The notes under the pieces are model-generated. The model was not told the DNA's origin. It saw only the letters and a list, made by a program, of their open reading frames with translations, and searched no databases. DNA of 64,000 nt, taken from Lophium mytilinum. Its lineage: Eukaryota. Positions 33,985-46,775 of this stretch are shown here, in pieces (positions within the stretch are counted from its first letter, which is position 1; every line of letters starts with the position of its first letter). The position numbers and the translations under genes are program-made. The DNA lies in the NCBI GenBank assembly GCA_010093605.1, contig MU004190.1, forward strand, positions 930,001-994,000, given 5' to 3'.

Positions 33985-35367
33985 TCTCCGCTTCAGCATT
34001 CGACCTTGTCCCAATATTTCCCGCATTGCGTTCCTGCTCCATTTTACGCAGATCCACGAGCTCAAGCGTGTTACGTTTCTTTCCTGCGTTTATTTGCGGT
34101 GTTCATCCCGGCGTTCGGCTCCACTGGGTAGAGGCAAACATCTCATCCCTACCCACTATCCCCCCTTTTGCAAAAAACCCTCATTGTTTTCATTCTGTAG
34201 AAAGGAGAGGGCATGGGCATTTTCTCAATTGTGTGTTTTGCGTTTTCAGGCCGCCTTTTATTCGTGTTCGCCGCCCCCACGGGGACTGGAGTTGTGTTTG
34301 TTTTCGATTGCAAAACATTGCAGGTTAGAAAAGCAGGGACTAGCACCCTTTTTCTTGTTTCTTACTTTCTTGTTGCGCGCGGTATTCTCGTGACTGCAGC
34401 CTACGGGCTTTCAAGTCTGTTCGTGTTTCATGTTTGTTATTATCAGAGAGGGAGGGGAATATGTATAGAGGTGGAATCGTGAGTGCATACGAGCTATGTG
34501 GTGGATGGTGGTGGTGGTGGTGTTGGTGTTGGAGAGGCTTAGTACAGAGAAAGATCATATATGCCAGCTGCGATACAGCGGCAATGTCGATGAATACAGA
34601 TGGAAATGTTCAATACATGCCAGCAACTTCATGACTGTTTCTCCGGCAGTGATTCGATTGCTGCGCGGATTTTGATGAGTTGATGCGTCGCGACCTCCAC
34701 ACCCCTAACCTCAGCCCCTCCTTCCCTATTTTGATTCTCACGACCCAACCGCCCAACGCAACAGCTTGGATAGGGTTGGAATACGAACGCGAGATACAAC
34801 AACGCGAAGTAAACAGAGAGCTGAAAGGATCTCATCCCTGACTTTTGACACCGCGGCCCAGTCTGGCCACAGTCTCGCACGATCTAGCCGCAGCCTTGCC
34901 GCAGGCTAGCCGCGGTCTGGCCTTCACTCTGCCCTCAACACTTCCCTCTCTCGAGCGGCCAAGAGTTGCTGTGTCTGGACATTAGTTTGAGTACGTGTGG
35001 TCTAGAATGTTCATTAGAGACGACTGAATGGACGAGGAATAGAGGAAAGAAGGGTCGAGAGATTACACGACTGGGCGTCATCTGATAGGGTGAGCACGTC
35101 GCTTGATACATAAACAGTTTAGAGTAGTTTGCCACAGCCTTCACGCTATCTATCCTGCTCCACACCTCCGTTTGCAAAAGCCCATTAAGCAGTGGATGGT
35201 ACAAGGGGTTCTAGAAAGCTTGAGTGTGCAACAGCACCTCAACGACTCGCTTTCGCTCGCTCGCTACCTCGAAGTACAAATCGACGTTTCCATCCCGATC
35301 GTTCCACATTCGCTCAAAGTCCCCATTCCGACACTCATCAGGAGCAACTAACCCATCCAACGCACCC

Positions 35368-38300
35368 CTAACCCATCGGACTCGGACTCCCAATCGCCAG
35401 CCCCCTCCCAAACCCCCCCACCCTCCTCGGCGTGGCCCCCGAACTCGGCGTATCGCTGCGCTGCCCTGGCTCCGGCGTATCACTCCTTCCCGCCGTGCTC
35501 GGCCTCGTGCCCTCGCTGCCGGGAGCCTTGAAGCTTACCTCGCGGCCAGTCGCATAGATATCATTGAGCATCGTCTGCAGCACGCCCGCATCCTCGAACT
35601 CCTGGTACTTGCGCCACAGCTTCAGCGCCGTCGCGGCGTCCTCAATGCTGTCATGGTTGCCGAGCTGGATGCGCTCTTTCAGCACGCACCACGCGAGGAA
35701 CTTGAGGTTGAGCTTGCGGTGGAGGTCTGGCTTGAAGAAGAGCTTGACGGTATCGACGACCTGTTTCTTGGGCACGTGGATGTTGATGGTGCGGAAGTCG
35801 TTGGCGAGGCTGTGGCCGACGAAGATGCAGCCTTTGTTCAGCAGCAGCCAGAGCTTCTTGTAGGCGTGCTTCAGCCCGACGGGGCAGTGCGGCGAGGTAG
35901 TGCGGTCGAGGTCCCCCGGGTTGATGCCGGACCACTCGGTTAGGTGGTTGACGATGGGCTCGGTTACGGCGATGTAGTCGTCGATGAAGGGGAGGCCGGC
36001 ATGCTCGCCGGAGCCGCGGCACACGGAGACGCGTCCAAGGCCTTTGCGGTCCGGGCGGATGGTTTCGCGGCTGCCGTCTGCTTTCATTTCGATCTCTTCC
36101 GCTTGGAGACGGATGAATTCTGCGTCTATTGCGACCGGGAAACCTGGGTGTGGCATTTCGGTGTACGGGTCGAGGAGTTTCAGGCGGTCTTCGGGCGGTT
36201 CTGGTTGGGAAGACCACCAGCGGAAAAGGACCTGAGTATCGAGATTGTCTTTCCAAGTGTCGTCAATAACGTGTCTGGCAGATTTCTTCTGATAGGTAAG
36301 CACAGCAGGCAGTTTCCAAGATGGCTCGAACCGTAATGCCTCTTCTTTTGAAATTGGCCGGACGAGGAAGTCGTTAAACAGGTGCCACCTGTCCTCAGAG
36401 GAAGGCTCCGGAGAGGATGGGCTGGTGTTGATCATAGAGACAAGATGGGGCTTCTGATGTTCACCGCTGTTGATATCGGCTACAACACCGATGAGCTCGT
36501 AGATCTCCATTTTGTAAACCCCACGCTGGAGGTGTTGATTGATATCGATCCCTTCGTAGCAAAAGAAGTTGCCTTGCTCGACGATAATGCCAATTTCTGT
36601 AGGCAGCCAATTTGGAGTCGCCCACAATTGCTTAGCTTCGTGGCTTTGGATAGCTGCGTTGATCATCAAGACACTCGGAACGGACAGTATGGTCTTCTTT
36701 TGGTTCATTTGCGTATATCGTCTGCATTTGGGACACCATCCTCGTGGTTGCTCCTGCCTCTCGACACTTGCTTTCAGGATCTGTGAGAATGTAGGCGGAG
36801 GTCTCACTTTGGCCGTGTGCTTGGGCGGATATATCAATTCGTTGACAAAGGTTTTCCCGTCTGACAGGGTCTCATTTCGGCAAACTCCGCATCGTATGCT
36901 GGCCCAGGCTTGTGTTTCAAGTGCCTCGTCCAGTTTGGTTCGATCAGAGGGATACGCACCCATCCTACGAAACTCCTCTGAAATCTTCTGGAACAGAAAC
37001 CGGTTGAAGTTCTGAATCATAGTAGTGAGGGCAACGTTTGGAGACAGCTCCTCGAGCACGTTTAGGGACGCTACGTTCGAGAGGTTGCTGAAAGTCTTCA
37101 AGAAGTTGGAAGCTTGACAATTCAGCCCACTAGCTTTTTCAAGCATGTCGACCAGGAACCCAAGTTCGCAGAGAAGACATGTCTCGTAGAGACATGATGA
37201 CGCTGTATGGGAAAGGGCGAGATTTCGTATCCAAGGAGTAAATCGGCATAGCTGAAGTAGTGGATTCGCATATGAGTTTGCAATGTGGGTCTCCAGTCCC
37301 GAGAACGAGGTTGTATTGTAGTAACTGGCTGATTGTAAGCATGATGAATTAAGGAACGGAAGGATATGCTTACTAGAAGTCGAAATCATCCACTCCGAAC
37401 TTGCTGTACTTGATTTCCACGTTCCCATACATGGCAGGGACTTCTTTCTTCGTTACACCGTCCAGATGCATATCCGTCAACGTCTCCATCGTTTCTCGAG
37501 CTTCCGCATTTACGTCACTGGTCGGCTGAGCTGACCGCGCCCTCTCGCTAAGAAATCTGGGCGCGTTAAGAGAGTCGTTGATCCGATCGGGAAGACGGGT
37601 ATCTTCAACCTGGTTTCTCCGTTTAGTTCTTGGATTTCGTGCCCAGAAGCCCATCTCTGATTTCACCATAGTGCTCTGCACGACGGGATCGGGCTTCGGA
37701 GGTGGGGCGCCGACTTCAGAGACCATGTGGCTCGGCCAAGCAGACAACAGCGGCTCTCTGTAGAAGGGTATCCCAACTGTGCTCAATGGACTAGAAAGCT
37801 GTCAGCGAATGCCGAGCCATTGGTTCCAAGCGATCAACTTACGTATCAATAGACCAGTCTATGGAGGGTGGTGGAACGGGCTGATCGGCAAATTCTGTAG
37901 GATTGCTGTATTCTGGGAAATGTATTTTTGAAGGAGATCCCCAAAGGTGAATATTGCAGGTGTTGCTTGCCATTGCAAATGCTTCCCCAGAAGGAGCGAT
38001 TTCGAAGCCCGTCAAGAACGCGTCATAAAGATTTACTTGACGAAGATTGGCCGTATCAGGATTCATAAGATCGATTACTTGCATCTGTCCATTTTGAGAC
38101 GCAATGATACTTGTCGTGGACATTCGAGGATGCATCCTGACAAATGCTGCACCGGTGTGAAAGGGTATGGGGGGCAATGCAGAGAGCGTCTTCAAAGAAA
38201 ACACATTAGTGAACGGATCCAACATGAAGCCAAACTGCTGTCGAGGAGACCAGCCGCAAGTTACAAGGAAGTCGGCTTTCGCGTCCATATCATTGATTGA

Positions 38301-39121
38301 TCCGGCGTGTGCTTTGAATGTGTGCACCAGGCTCAAATTTCCCGAGTCAAGGATATGCACCTCTCCCCCGTCTGTTGCTGCGCAAACATACTGTCCTGTC
38401 CTCTTCATAATGGTATAGTTTGACTCTGTAGAAATCTGGCGATTATCAGTTATTGCCGCTATACAAGTCCGAGAGAGATCACTCACGGTGTCGACGATAG
38501 TCCCTTTGTCAACGTTCACCTTGAACATGTGGCCCTGACATCCTGCGACAAGCACTTCCCGAGTCCCCTTGGAAGTAAAATTCATGCATCGTAAATCAGT
38601 GAAAGCTTCGTTGCTACGCCACGATATCAGTACCCAGCTTTCAGTCTCAAGCATTGGCCATCACGTACGCAAGATGCCATTGTGTCAACCCGCGGCGGAT
38701 AGCAAAGTGTATGCTTCCCTTCGAAATAGACAAAACCCCATTCTCGGTGAGCAATATTTGTTTGACAGCACCTTCGGACTGAGCGTGTCCTCGATACGAC
38801 GTGTACCTTTCGAGAGTAGGACCGTAGAAGGAGGTAATGCGCCCCTAAGATGGTCAGCTTTGCTTCAAACCTGGTGGCCTGAAAGGCGTGGAAGGCCCCT
38901 ACGTAGTCATTTCCGGTCCATAGGAGCTCTTGAGTGGTATCGAAAGTAAGCGTTGTCGCCGGGGATGGTGCATGCTGAGGTCCGGGTGGGGGAAGCTGAA
39001 TGAGGCCAACCTGTGTAGATAATAATGTGTGGTCAGCCTTCATTGTTGACAATGCGGTCTCTTGGAATCGCGATTGTGGGTTTACGAATCGTCTCTGTAC
39101 CTCGTCCCAGTCTGCCTCCAT
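35368..39121 (-). CDS. PAN2: PAN2-PAN3 deadenylase catalytic subunit Pan2
   Basis: Starts MEADWDE; WD40 region; UCH-like domain ([22 protein letters not shown]); DEDD nuclease ([23 protein letters not shown]). Several canonical introns, e.g. 39011..39100, 38436..38486, 37325..37373. Confidence 0.95.
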
Positions 39122-39722
39122 TCCGACAATGATGTTACCGAGTACTTGTTTCCATGGAGGTCTGTAGGAAATTCTAGCAGGCGTGGGTCATGGCGAGAGC
39201 TTCGCGCGTTGGTGAACGATAGTGGGGCTTTGAGCTTCAAAGCTTCGAGTGACGAGGCCGGTGAGGGTTTCTGAGCCTTAGTAGGCAGCGCTGAGAAGTT
39301 CAAGTAGAGTGAGCGCACCGCGCCAAAACAATGCGCTGCACAGTTCGGTTCGTGGCGATGGGCAACGGCGTCACAGGGACGTTCCAACCAAAGTTCGAGG
39401 TGGAGCTGAGGCGGAGCTACATAAGATCGCCGAAATAGGGTCCGGTGCAGGGTAGGTAGTGCACGGCCCGCGAAGTTCAAGATCTAAAGGAGAACAAAGG
39501 CCTATTTCACAAATCTCCAGCGAGTGAAATCTGGAATAGCCCCACGAAAGAAAGATCTTAATTAGAACCTCAAGAACGTTGATGGTCTTAAATCAAGCTG
39601 AACATATGAGTTTTCATTCTGTAATTGATATAGATAGAAGCTTGACAAATTTACTATACAGCTTGCCGTTTACTGGGTGATCGTGTGAGGGGCGTCATCA
39701 TGTAAGCGTTCCTTACGCATGA

Positions 39723-41070
39723 CTACGTTAAGGCTTCCATTAGGTTGTCCCAAAACCCAAGATCATACAGATTCTCCACCTCCGCCAGCCTCCAACACCG
39801 CTCCCAGCTCCCTTCCTGGGCTGCCTCTCGAAGCCGCCGTGACAACTGCTGTGGCGGCTGGCCGTCCATGGTGCGTACCAGAAGATGTCTTCCCGAGACT
39901 GGCCATGACGTGGGCGGTTCCTCCAGCTCACGTTCTGGATCTAGATCATAATCTTCTTCTTTGCTCTTCTGCTGCCCTACGAAGACGACCCCGTCATACA
40001 TGTCATCTCGCCAGTCAGCCCACTTGCTGCTCTCGTTGGTCGTCATGCCCGCCCATATAAGGTAAATGTGGTATGCTAATAAGCCGAGGGGCATAGGCCA
40101 GGTCAAAAGAGCTAGAAGCCCGACTCCGGCGACAGATACAGAGCCAATATCTAAGGCTATGGACAGATAGGTCATGAAGTAGTGCGTGCGTTCCAGGATG
40201 TTGTCGACCAGAATCGCTAAGCGCGTCGTCTCGACCGGTTGGTCCGGGTATCTGTAGTAGTATTCATACCGCGCATACTGTGCTCTTACTTGTGGCGCAA
40301 GGACGATATATGCCAGATATGCTCCATATGCCAGCAAGACTCCGGTGGAGAGTAGAAGCGCTAGGAACCATTTATAGTTGCCTCGACCAAGACAATTGTT
40401 CACCCACACGCAGTGGTGGTCAGCTCGCGCAACGCAGGCTTTACAGATACTGCAATGTTTACTTCGCGCGGGTTTGAGTAAATAGCACGTCCGGCATTCA
40501 TTCCCAGGATAGTATAGTATTCGGTCATATGGGTAGTGTCGCATTTGAGCCGTGTGATTGGAGGCCGTAACATGAGTCTCGGGGTTGCGGCGAGCGCTGA
40601 GATAGGTAAAGAGATATGGAAGCGGAACAACAAGAGCTAGGATAGCTTTGTGTTTTGCAGGAAGCTTTGACCAGATTGTAGGTATGAAGAGGGACGCACT
40701 GCCTGTTATAAGGCCTAAAAAGAAGACCTGGAGGTGTTAAATCAAGATAAAGTCAAGGACAGCTGGGATTCTACCACGACAACGGGGTGTTTCTCATGCA
40801 TAAGATAGTGGCCCAGTCGAGAGCTTCCATTTGTAATGCGGCCATTGGTGAGGTATAAATCAACACTCCGGAGACCATTTGGGAGGTGTATTATCAGTAA
40901 GCGGTGGAGGAAGCCGATGGGTGTGTTTCTATAGCGGGAGTTAGGATTGATGTCATCTCTCACGGAACTCAGCCATCGTACCTTAAGGCCGGAAGCCTGC
41001 CAAAGAAGGCGACGAAAGTTATGAAGGAGACAGAGATGGTAAATATCGCAAGCCTTTGTAGCAAAGACAT
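39723..41070 (-). CDS. SWF1: DHHC palmitoyltransferase Swf1
   Basis: N-terminal ISVSFITFVAFFGRLPALR; KPARSKHCSICKACVARADHHCVWVNNC; TTNESSKW; C-terminal NLYDLGFWDNL. Introns in the 5' part. Confidence 0.9.
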
Positions 41071-41130
41071 GTCGGCGGTAGTAGAGAGCCAGATCGTCCC
41101 CAGGTCATGGTGGGGCAGGAAAGATTGAGC

Positions 41131-41295
41131 TGTGACGCGTCCGGTTGACTGCCCTCAAGGGTCTCTACGAAGGCGCTGGCGCCATTACTTGATCCCAAAG
41201 TACTCGTAAATAATTTCTTGTGATTATTGTTGTTTGGGGTGGACTCTGAGTGGTGAAGGGTTCAATGTCTTGGCATCGTGTCGCGTCGCGTCAAA
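41131..41295. promoter_or_regulatory. MCB-like (ACGCGT/CGCG) motifs in the SWF1-RAP1 divergent promoter
   Basis: ACGCGT at 41135..41140 and TCGCGTCGCGTC at 41281..41292. Confidence 0.35.
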
Positions 41296-41534
41296 AGCCA
41301 ACCTCACTTTCACCCCACAATTCTTGGACTCTAACTCACTCGCTCTAACCACTCTTAAACCTCAATCATATCCAAGAACTGACTATCTTCCGCCGTGACC
41401 CCGACTGCAGTCTCCCGGACGCCCGTGTCGGGGGCGCATCAGACTACCTGGAAACCTCCCGGCATAAACACAGTCGTTCACTATCGTCGGCAAAACACCG
41501 GTGGCCTTCTAGAGCTTCAACGCAGGACAGCGAC

Positions 41535-44129
41535 ATGGCAGAAGTTCGACCACAAGTGGTCTATAGCGATGTTGTCGAAGGAGCGGATCTCCAAGGGCAG
41601 CTGTTCGCTGGCAAGAAGTTCTTTATAGCACAACGCTGTCCTATGCGCTCGTCTTTCGTGGAACAAGTCAAAAGCAACGGCGGCAAGGTCGTGCCACTGG
41701 AGAAGTTCGCGGACTACATGATTGTGGATCATATGCGCAAGGATATACCAGCAGGCAGCATCTCATACACCTTTATCGAGCAATCCATCAGGAAAGGGGA
41801 GCTGGAAGACCCAGACGACCACATAGCAGGGGAGCCAGCGGGCACGGTGCGAGAGATTGGCTCATTTAGACCGACGAAGAGTGGCCGGATTCCCTTCACC
41901 GCCGAAGATGATAGACAGTTGTATAACTGGATCAAGTCATATGAACGCGATGGCGGCGCAATCATGGGCAACGTGATTTACAAGCAGTTAGAGGAAAAGG
42001 TACGGATTCCAGCTCTTCATAGCCTCATTGATTGACAATTACAGAATCCCCGCCACCCATGGCAATCATGGCGAGATCGCTACGTCAAACAATTGCAATA
42101 CAAACCACCTCCAGGCTGCGCGCCCACTAATGGTCCACTTTCACCTCCATCCGACGTTCCTCCTTCCGACGTGGACTCAGCTGCTCGCCCGCCCGTTCCC
42201 GAACAGCCGAAAAGTCGGACCGTTTCGAAAGACGCCTACAAAGCAGAACGCTTCCGGAGTGAAGTTAATGAGGCCGACAAAGCAGAACGAGTTCAAGTCA
42301 AGGTTGATGAAGCGAAAGAGCCAGAACGGCCTCGGGAAGCTAGCGCTCCAGTTTGGAGCTCGGAAGACTGGGTCGAAGTATACAGCAATGTTTCCACAAT
42401 CCAGGACACTCCGGCTAGAGATTACATAGCGGGCTGGGAGGGATGGGCCGAGGGTACCGATCACACTGCTCAAGAATGGCGAGACTTTTACGAGAAAACG
42501 GTGCTCCCGCGTTGGGAGAAGGACCAAGACGCGAAGAACACAATCAAGGTGAAGTCGGCTAAAGAACAACGTCAAAGACCACCATCTCCGAGCGTGGTAA
42601 TCACTACACCGAAGAAAAAGAACCGGATTCAGAGTTCTTCGTCTGTACAGGCACCAGGAAAGCTCCCTGTGCAAGCGTCCACTACGACGACGCAGTCTCC
42701 AGCTGCGGGCGACTCTAAACAATCCCACGACAACTTAATATACGAGTTGATGGGGCATCGAAAAGGCCGGCAACAAATGGTTGCATATCGATTCTATTTC
42801 GAAGCGCACCGACACGAACTCGAGGACTGCGATCCTACTGACTACTCAGCTCCTCATCGGATACTCAACCCGCGCTGGAAAGCGTTATCAGAACAGGAAC
42901 AAGCTCCTTACTACGACCTGGAAGCTGCCGACAAGGAACGTCATCGCCTAGAAAACAATCCAACCGAATATCGGGAATGGTGTCTCGAGTATAGGAAGTC
43001 TAGTAAATTGAACTCTAGCAAACGAGGTCGTGAAGACGCCGATGGCGACGAGAACCGAGAAGAGTTACCGGACTCGTGGAGAAGTAAGCGGCAACGCCAG
43101 CAGGAAAGCGTATCTCTTGAAGATAAGCATGAGCTTGAGACGCAGAAACAAGATCAAGGCGTTGTGGATCTGGGCGAAGACATAGAGGATCAAGTTGCAG
43201 TCGCAATAGAGCAACACCAACCTGGGGAAAGCAGTGAAGAGGAACCGTCGATGGACCAATTCGCTCAAAAGATATACGTCGATGTTTCTGACGATTCTGA
43301 GCCGGAAGAGCAAGATGAAACCCCGGAAGAAGTACAAGAAGGCAGAACTCCGAAGCATCGAATAATAGACCTTAGTGACGATGAGGATGGAACTGAAGAG
43401 GAACAAGAAGACGAGGGGCAGGAAGAAGAGGAATATGATCACAACGAGCAGACCATATTTGACAACGCTTCTGCGTCGCCATCTCCACGCCAAAGCCGCT
43501 ACAGACCGCCCGCAGTATTAGACACCCAGGCCATTCTCGCGGACCCTACACAGGTGCTTGATGTTAGCATAGCCGAGCCCCCCGACACGCAGTTCGACCA
43601 TTCCAGCGACCGGGCATCTTCTCCACTTGCGGGCCATGCTGCTTCGGACGGGACATCGCACTCGATCCAGGAGTTCCGCAGTTTAGAGGATCTTGAACGC
43701 CAACGCCATTCTACCCCTCCGTTAGACCTGGCCATGCCTCAACCTGACATGGACTCAGACGTCGAATGGGACAGCCAAGATATGCCTGACGACTCAGACC
43801 CACCTCTGGACGGTGAGGATACGATAGAGTTCTACCACGAGATGCTAGACCGCGGCTATGAAGACGAGCTCATCAGAGACGTAATGCGAGCGTGCATGAC
43901 TAGAGCCAAGCTCTCGGAAGAGGTATTGGCGGAGGTAGCCCATGGGGAACCTTGGCCTGAGAGGAGGGGCGTATGGACTGCCGAGGATGATGAGGATTTG
44001 GAGTCCACTGATGCGAGACGGGTCCGGAGAGTCATGAAAAAGCACACTGATGACCAGTGGGGAGGGTGTGAGGAGCGGCGGACGGTGCTGGATTACATTC
44101 GCCAAGTTTCCGGACAACAGCAGGATTGA
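41535..44129 (+). CDS. RAP1: Telomere protein Rap1 (TERF2IP-like): BRCT, Myb, acidic region, C-terminal RCT; contains an HMG-box-like insert
   Basis: BRCT LFAGKKFFIAQRCPMRS...NGGKVV; Myb GRIPFTAEDD...GNVIYKQLE / NPRHPWQSWRDRY across intron 42000..42044; C-terminal GVWTAEDDEDL. Confidence 0.88.
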
Positions 44130-45073
44130 GGGCGTAGAGCACATCCCTCTCATCATATAGGACTAGTCCCACGGACTATTTGTTCCAACGATGCATACGA
44201 TAATTTTAGTGCCTGAATGGGTTTCACAGGGTTATCTAGGCGTGCATAGCATGGATGGGGCGCGTGGAGTCTCTGTTCGGACTACTCACGTGATTGGATT
44301 GTCTCATTATTCAGGAATCACGATAGGTAGCAATTAGCGTTAGCATGAGGCTGCACATATTGAATTTGAATGGTATACATTCGGCACTTCAACCGAGTGC
44401 CGTGACACAACTTTATGTATACTTGAATTCTAAAAACTCCAGTTGTGAGATACCACAAACATGTTGAGCATTTGTGAAGATTGCTAGGGCACCTCAGACG
44501 ATGTCATTCGATAGTACACAGCAGCCTACTTGCTCTGGAATCCGAGTATTACATGAAGCTACCTAATCGAAACGCAGTCCATGACAAGCAAGACATGCGC
44601 AATCCACGATATCCACAAGGGGTTGACACCAAGTAAACGCAAGGGCAAATCATTGTTGTAGCGGCGAAGAAACGCCGTTGTTGGCGAGATGACTAGCGAG
44701 CCATTTGGGGCATTGCGACCAATTAAAAATGCTTGCGGGTGCGCAGCTATGATGAATGAGGGCACAGAGGATTGGAAAGATGACGCCAGCTGGACTCTTA
44801 TTGAAACAAACGATGACTAGACCCCTTCACAGACATACATCCTAGATGAATCACACCTTAGCGCTATTGGAACTACTGTGGATGCAGCAGGGAGTCATTG
44901 GGGCAGATGCAATTCTGGGGCTGAGTAGTACCATGGAGCTCAGCCACTGATGGGCTGACTCATGCCGTTGATAGCTATATTTCTACACCGCTGCGCTCAA
45001 GCTACACATTCCATCTCTAATTCTACATCTATCATTAAAAACTGTATATACTAGTCTGCAGCATCAACAAAAA

Positions 45074-46375
45074 ATGGCGCGCCGTGCTAAGTATCGACCG
45101 CGAAAAACCAATGTTTACCAAGACTCACCACTCCTCGACCTCCCAGCAGAAATCCGAATGCTCATATACGAAGCTGCTCTCGTGCGAGCCGATCCAATTG
45201 ACCTATTCCCTCGCAAATATATCGAAAAGCCAGAAGACGATCCAGGTCTTGCAAAAAGGACAGCTAAAGCAAACGAAGACATTCGCCATGCCAACCGATA
45301 CTTTTCGCGCAACCTTCCACCCCAATTCCGAGACCAAAAAGATCTTCAGTATGTCCGCAAAGAAATGGCCACCGGGCTCATGGCCACCTGCAAGCAGATC
45401 CAGTGGGAAGCGGGCCATCTTTTCTGGACTCAGAACGCATTCCGCTTTTCGAGCGACATTGAGTGGAACGGTTGCCGGCGCTTCTTTACGGCCATCGGGC
45501 CTCGAGCGTTATCATTGATTCGAAAGTTAGAACTCTTCTTGCCGCTAGAAGACGCACGCGGTCTTTGTCCTACCGAGGAGTTCGAATTCCAGGACATACG
45601 GCAAGCTAAGAACCAACCCAAGATGCACATGGGGAAAGCGTGGAAGGATTCGCATAGGACATGGAGCCAAAATCCGACTGCGACGAATGTTGAACATATT
45701 TGCCAAATGCTGGACGAGTGGAAGATGTCGCTGGAGCTGCGCCTTATCCTGCCCAGTGGATTCTCGCTTCAGCTCCATGACGATGACGACGTGCTATATT
45801 TTCCAGAGAGCTTGAAGATAGGGCCCCGGTTCTCGAGAATGACTCTGGTCGTCGAGGCCGGAGCAGGCTTAGACGGGGAGAAGCTCCCGCAGAGGCTTGT
45901 GGAAGAGCACGAGATAGACGTCGTTTGTTTGCCTGGCAGCGCATGGCGCTATAATAAGGATGTGACGGAGCCAGAGTCCAAGATTCTGGAGACAAAACGC
46001 TGGACCAACCCGCGGCCGGACTTGGAGTATCTCTCCGGTGTAGATACGCTGTTCAAAGAAGAAGACGCTATTACTGCCACCGGTCTTGGTGGAAAGGCAA
46101 CGAAAACACCGGGGAAGCGTCCCACGTCGCGAGTGCTAAGAAAGTTCGGTGGCTGCCGGTTCGTGCGTCGGATTGGATTGGATTGCCATAATTGCGGAGC
46201 GACGCTGGTCGTTACTGGAAAATTTGTCCCGCCATCACGCGGGGCCTGTACCCGTTGTGGTTCGAATACATTTTTCGAAGAAAGAGACGTTATCGAGGTG
46301 AAGAAAGTGACTAGGGCGCATCAGCAGGGCTTTACCAGCGACAATGCTCTCTACTCCCATTATCGAGCGAGTTGA
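45074..46375 (+). CDS. Hypothetical protein with an F-box-like/DUF7730-type N-terminus and a C-terminal CxxC-CxxC ribbon
   Basis: SPLLDLPAEIRMLIYEAAL, LMATCKQIQWEA...FWTQNAFRF; CHNC...CTRC. 433-aa ORF. Confidence 0.7.
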   Translation: MARRAKYRPRKTNVYQDSPLLDLPAEIRMLIYEAALVRADPIDLFPRKYIEKPEDDPGLAKRTAKANEDIRHANRYFSRNLPPQFRDQKDLQYVRKEMATGLMATCKQIQWEAGHLFWTQNAFRFSSDIEWNGCRRFFTAIGPRALSLIRKLELFLPLEDARGLCPTEEFEFQDIRQAKNQPKMHMGKAWKDSHRTWSQNPTATNVEHICQMLDEWKMSLELRLILPSGFSLQLHDDDDVLYFPESLKIGPRFSRMTLVVEAGAGLDGEKLPQRLVEEHEIDVVCLPGSAWRYNKDVTEPESKILETKRWTNPRPDLEYLSGVDTLFKEEDAITATGLGGKATKTPGKRPTSRVLRKFGGCRFVRRIGLDCHNCGATLVVTGKFVPPSRGACTRCGSNTFFEERDVIEVKKVTRAHQQGFTSDNALYSHYRAS

Positions 46376-46775
46376 AAGTTTCCGGGTTCAGGCTGTGGCT
46401 GAGAAAGACCTGGAGACATCTACTTAAACACGATTATTCCGCTGCCAATTAAGTCTGTGCACTCAGATGAAAATAAAATACAAATAGTCGAGTGTTGATT
46501 AATTTTTCCTTGAAGACGAGTGTGGATGATACTATGCCAACGTGTGGCTTCCTTACTGCATCGCACTCTTAACGCCTATGTGGAATTATATGAGAAACTT
46601 TGTTTTTCACAAATAGGTAGAAATAGTAGTATGAAACCATGTGAAACCATGAGCAGACGTGTCAGGAGCGTTCTTGAGAGTTGACGGCAGACAAGGCTAG
46701 ATGCGCGGCTGCTCGTTGGAGTAGAAAAGTGTGTTTGAAGAGGCATACGTGGAGCAAAAGTCATGTCTTACTAGG

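Noticed and set aside
34500..34532. (TGG)n microsatellite and poly-His ORF
   Set aside because: Short simple repeat in 3' intergenic DNA.
35224..36336. Long antisense and alternative-frame ORFs over the PAN2 3' end
   Set aside because: Shadows of high third-position GC in the real gene; no recognisable motifs.
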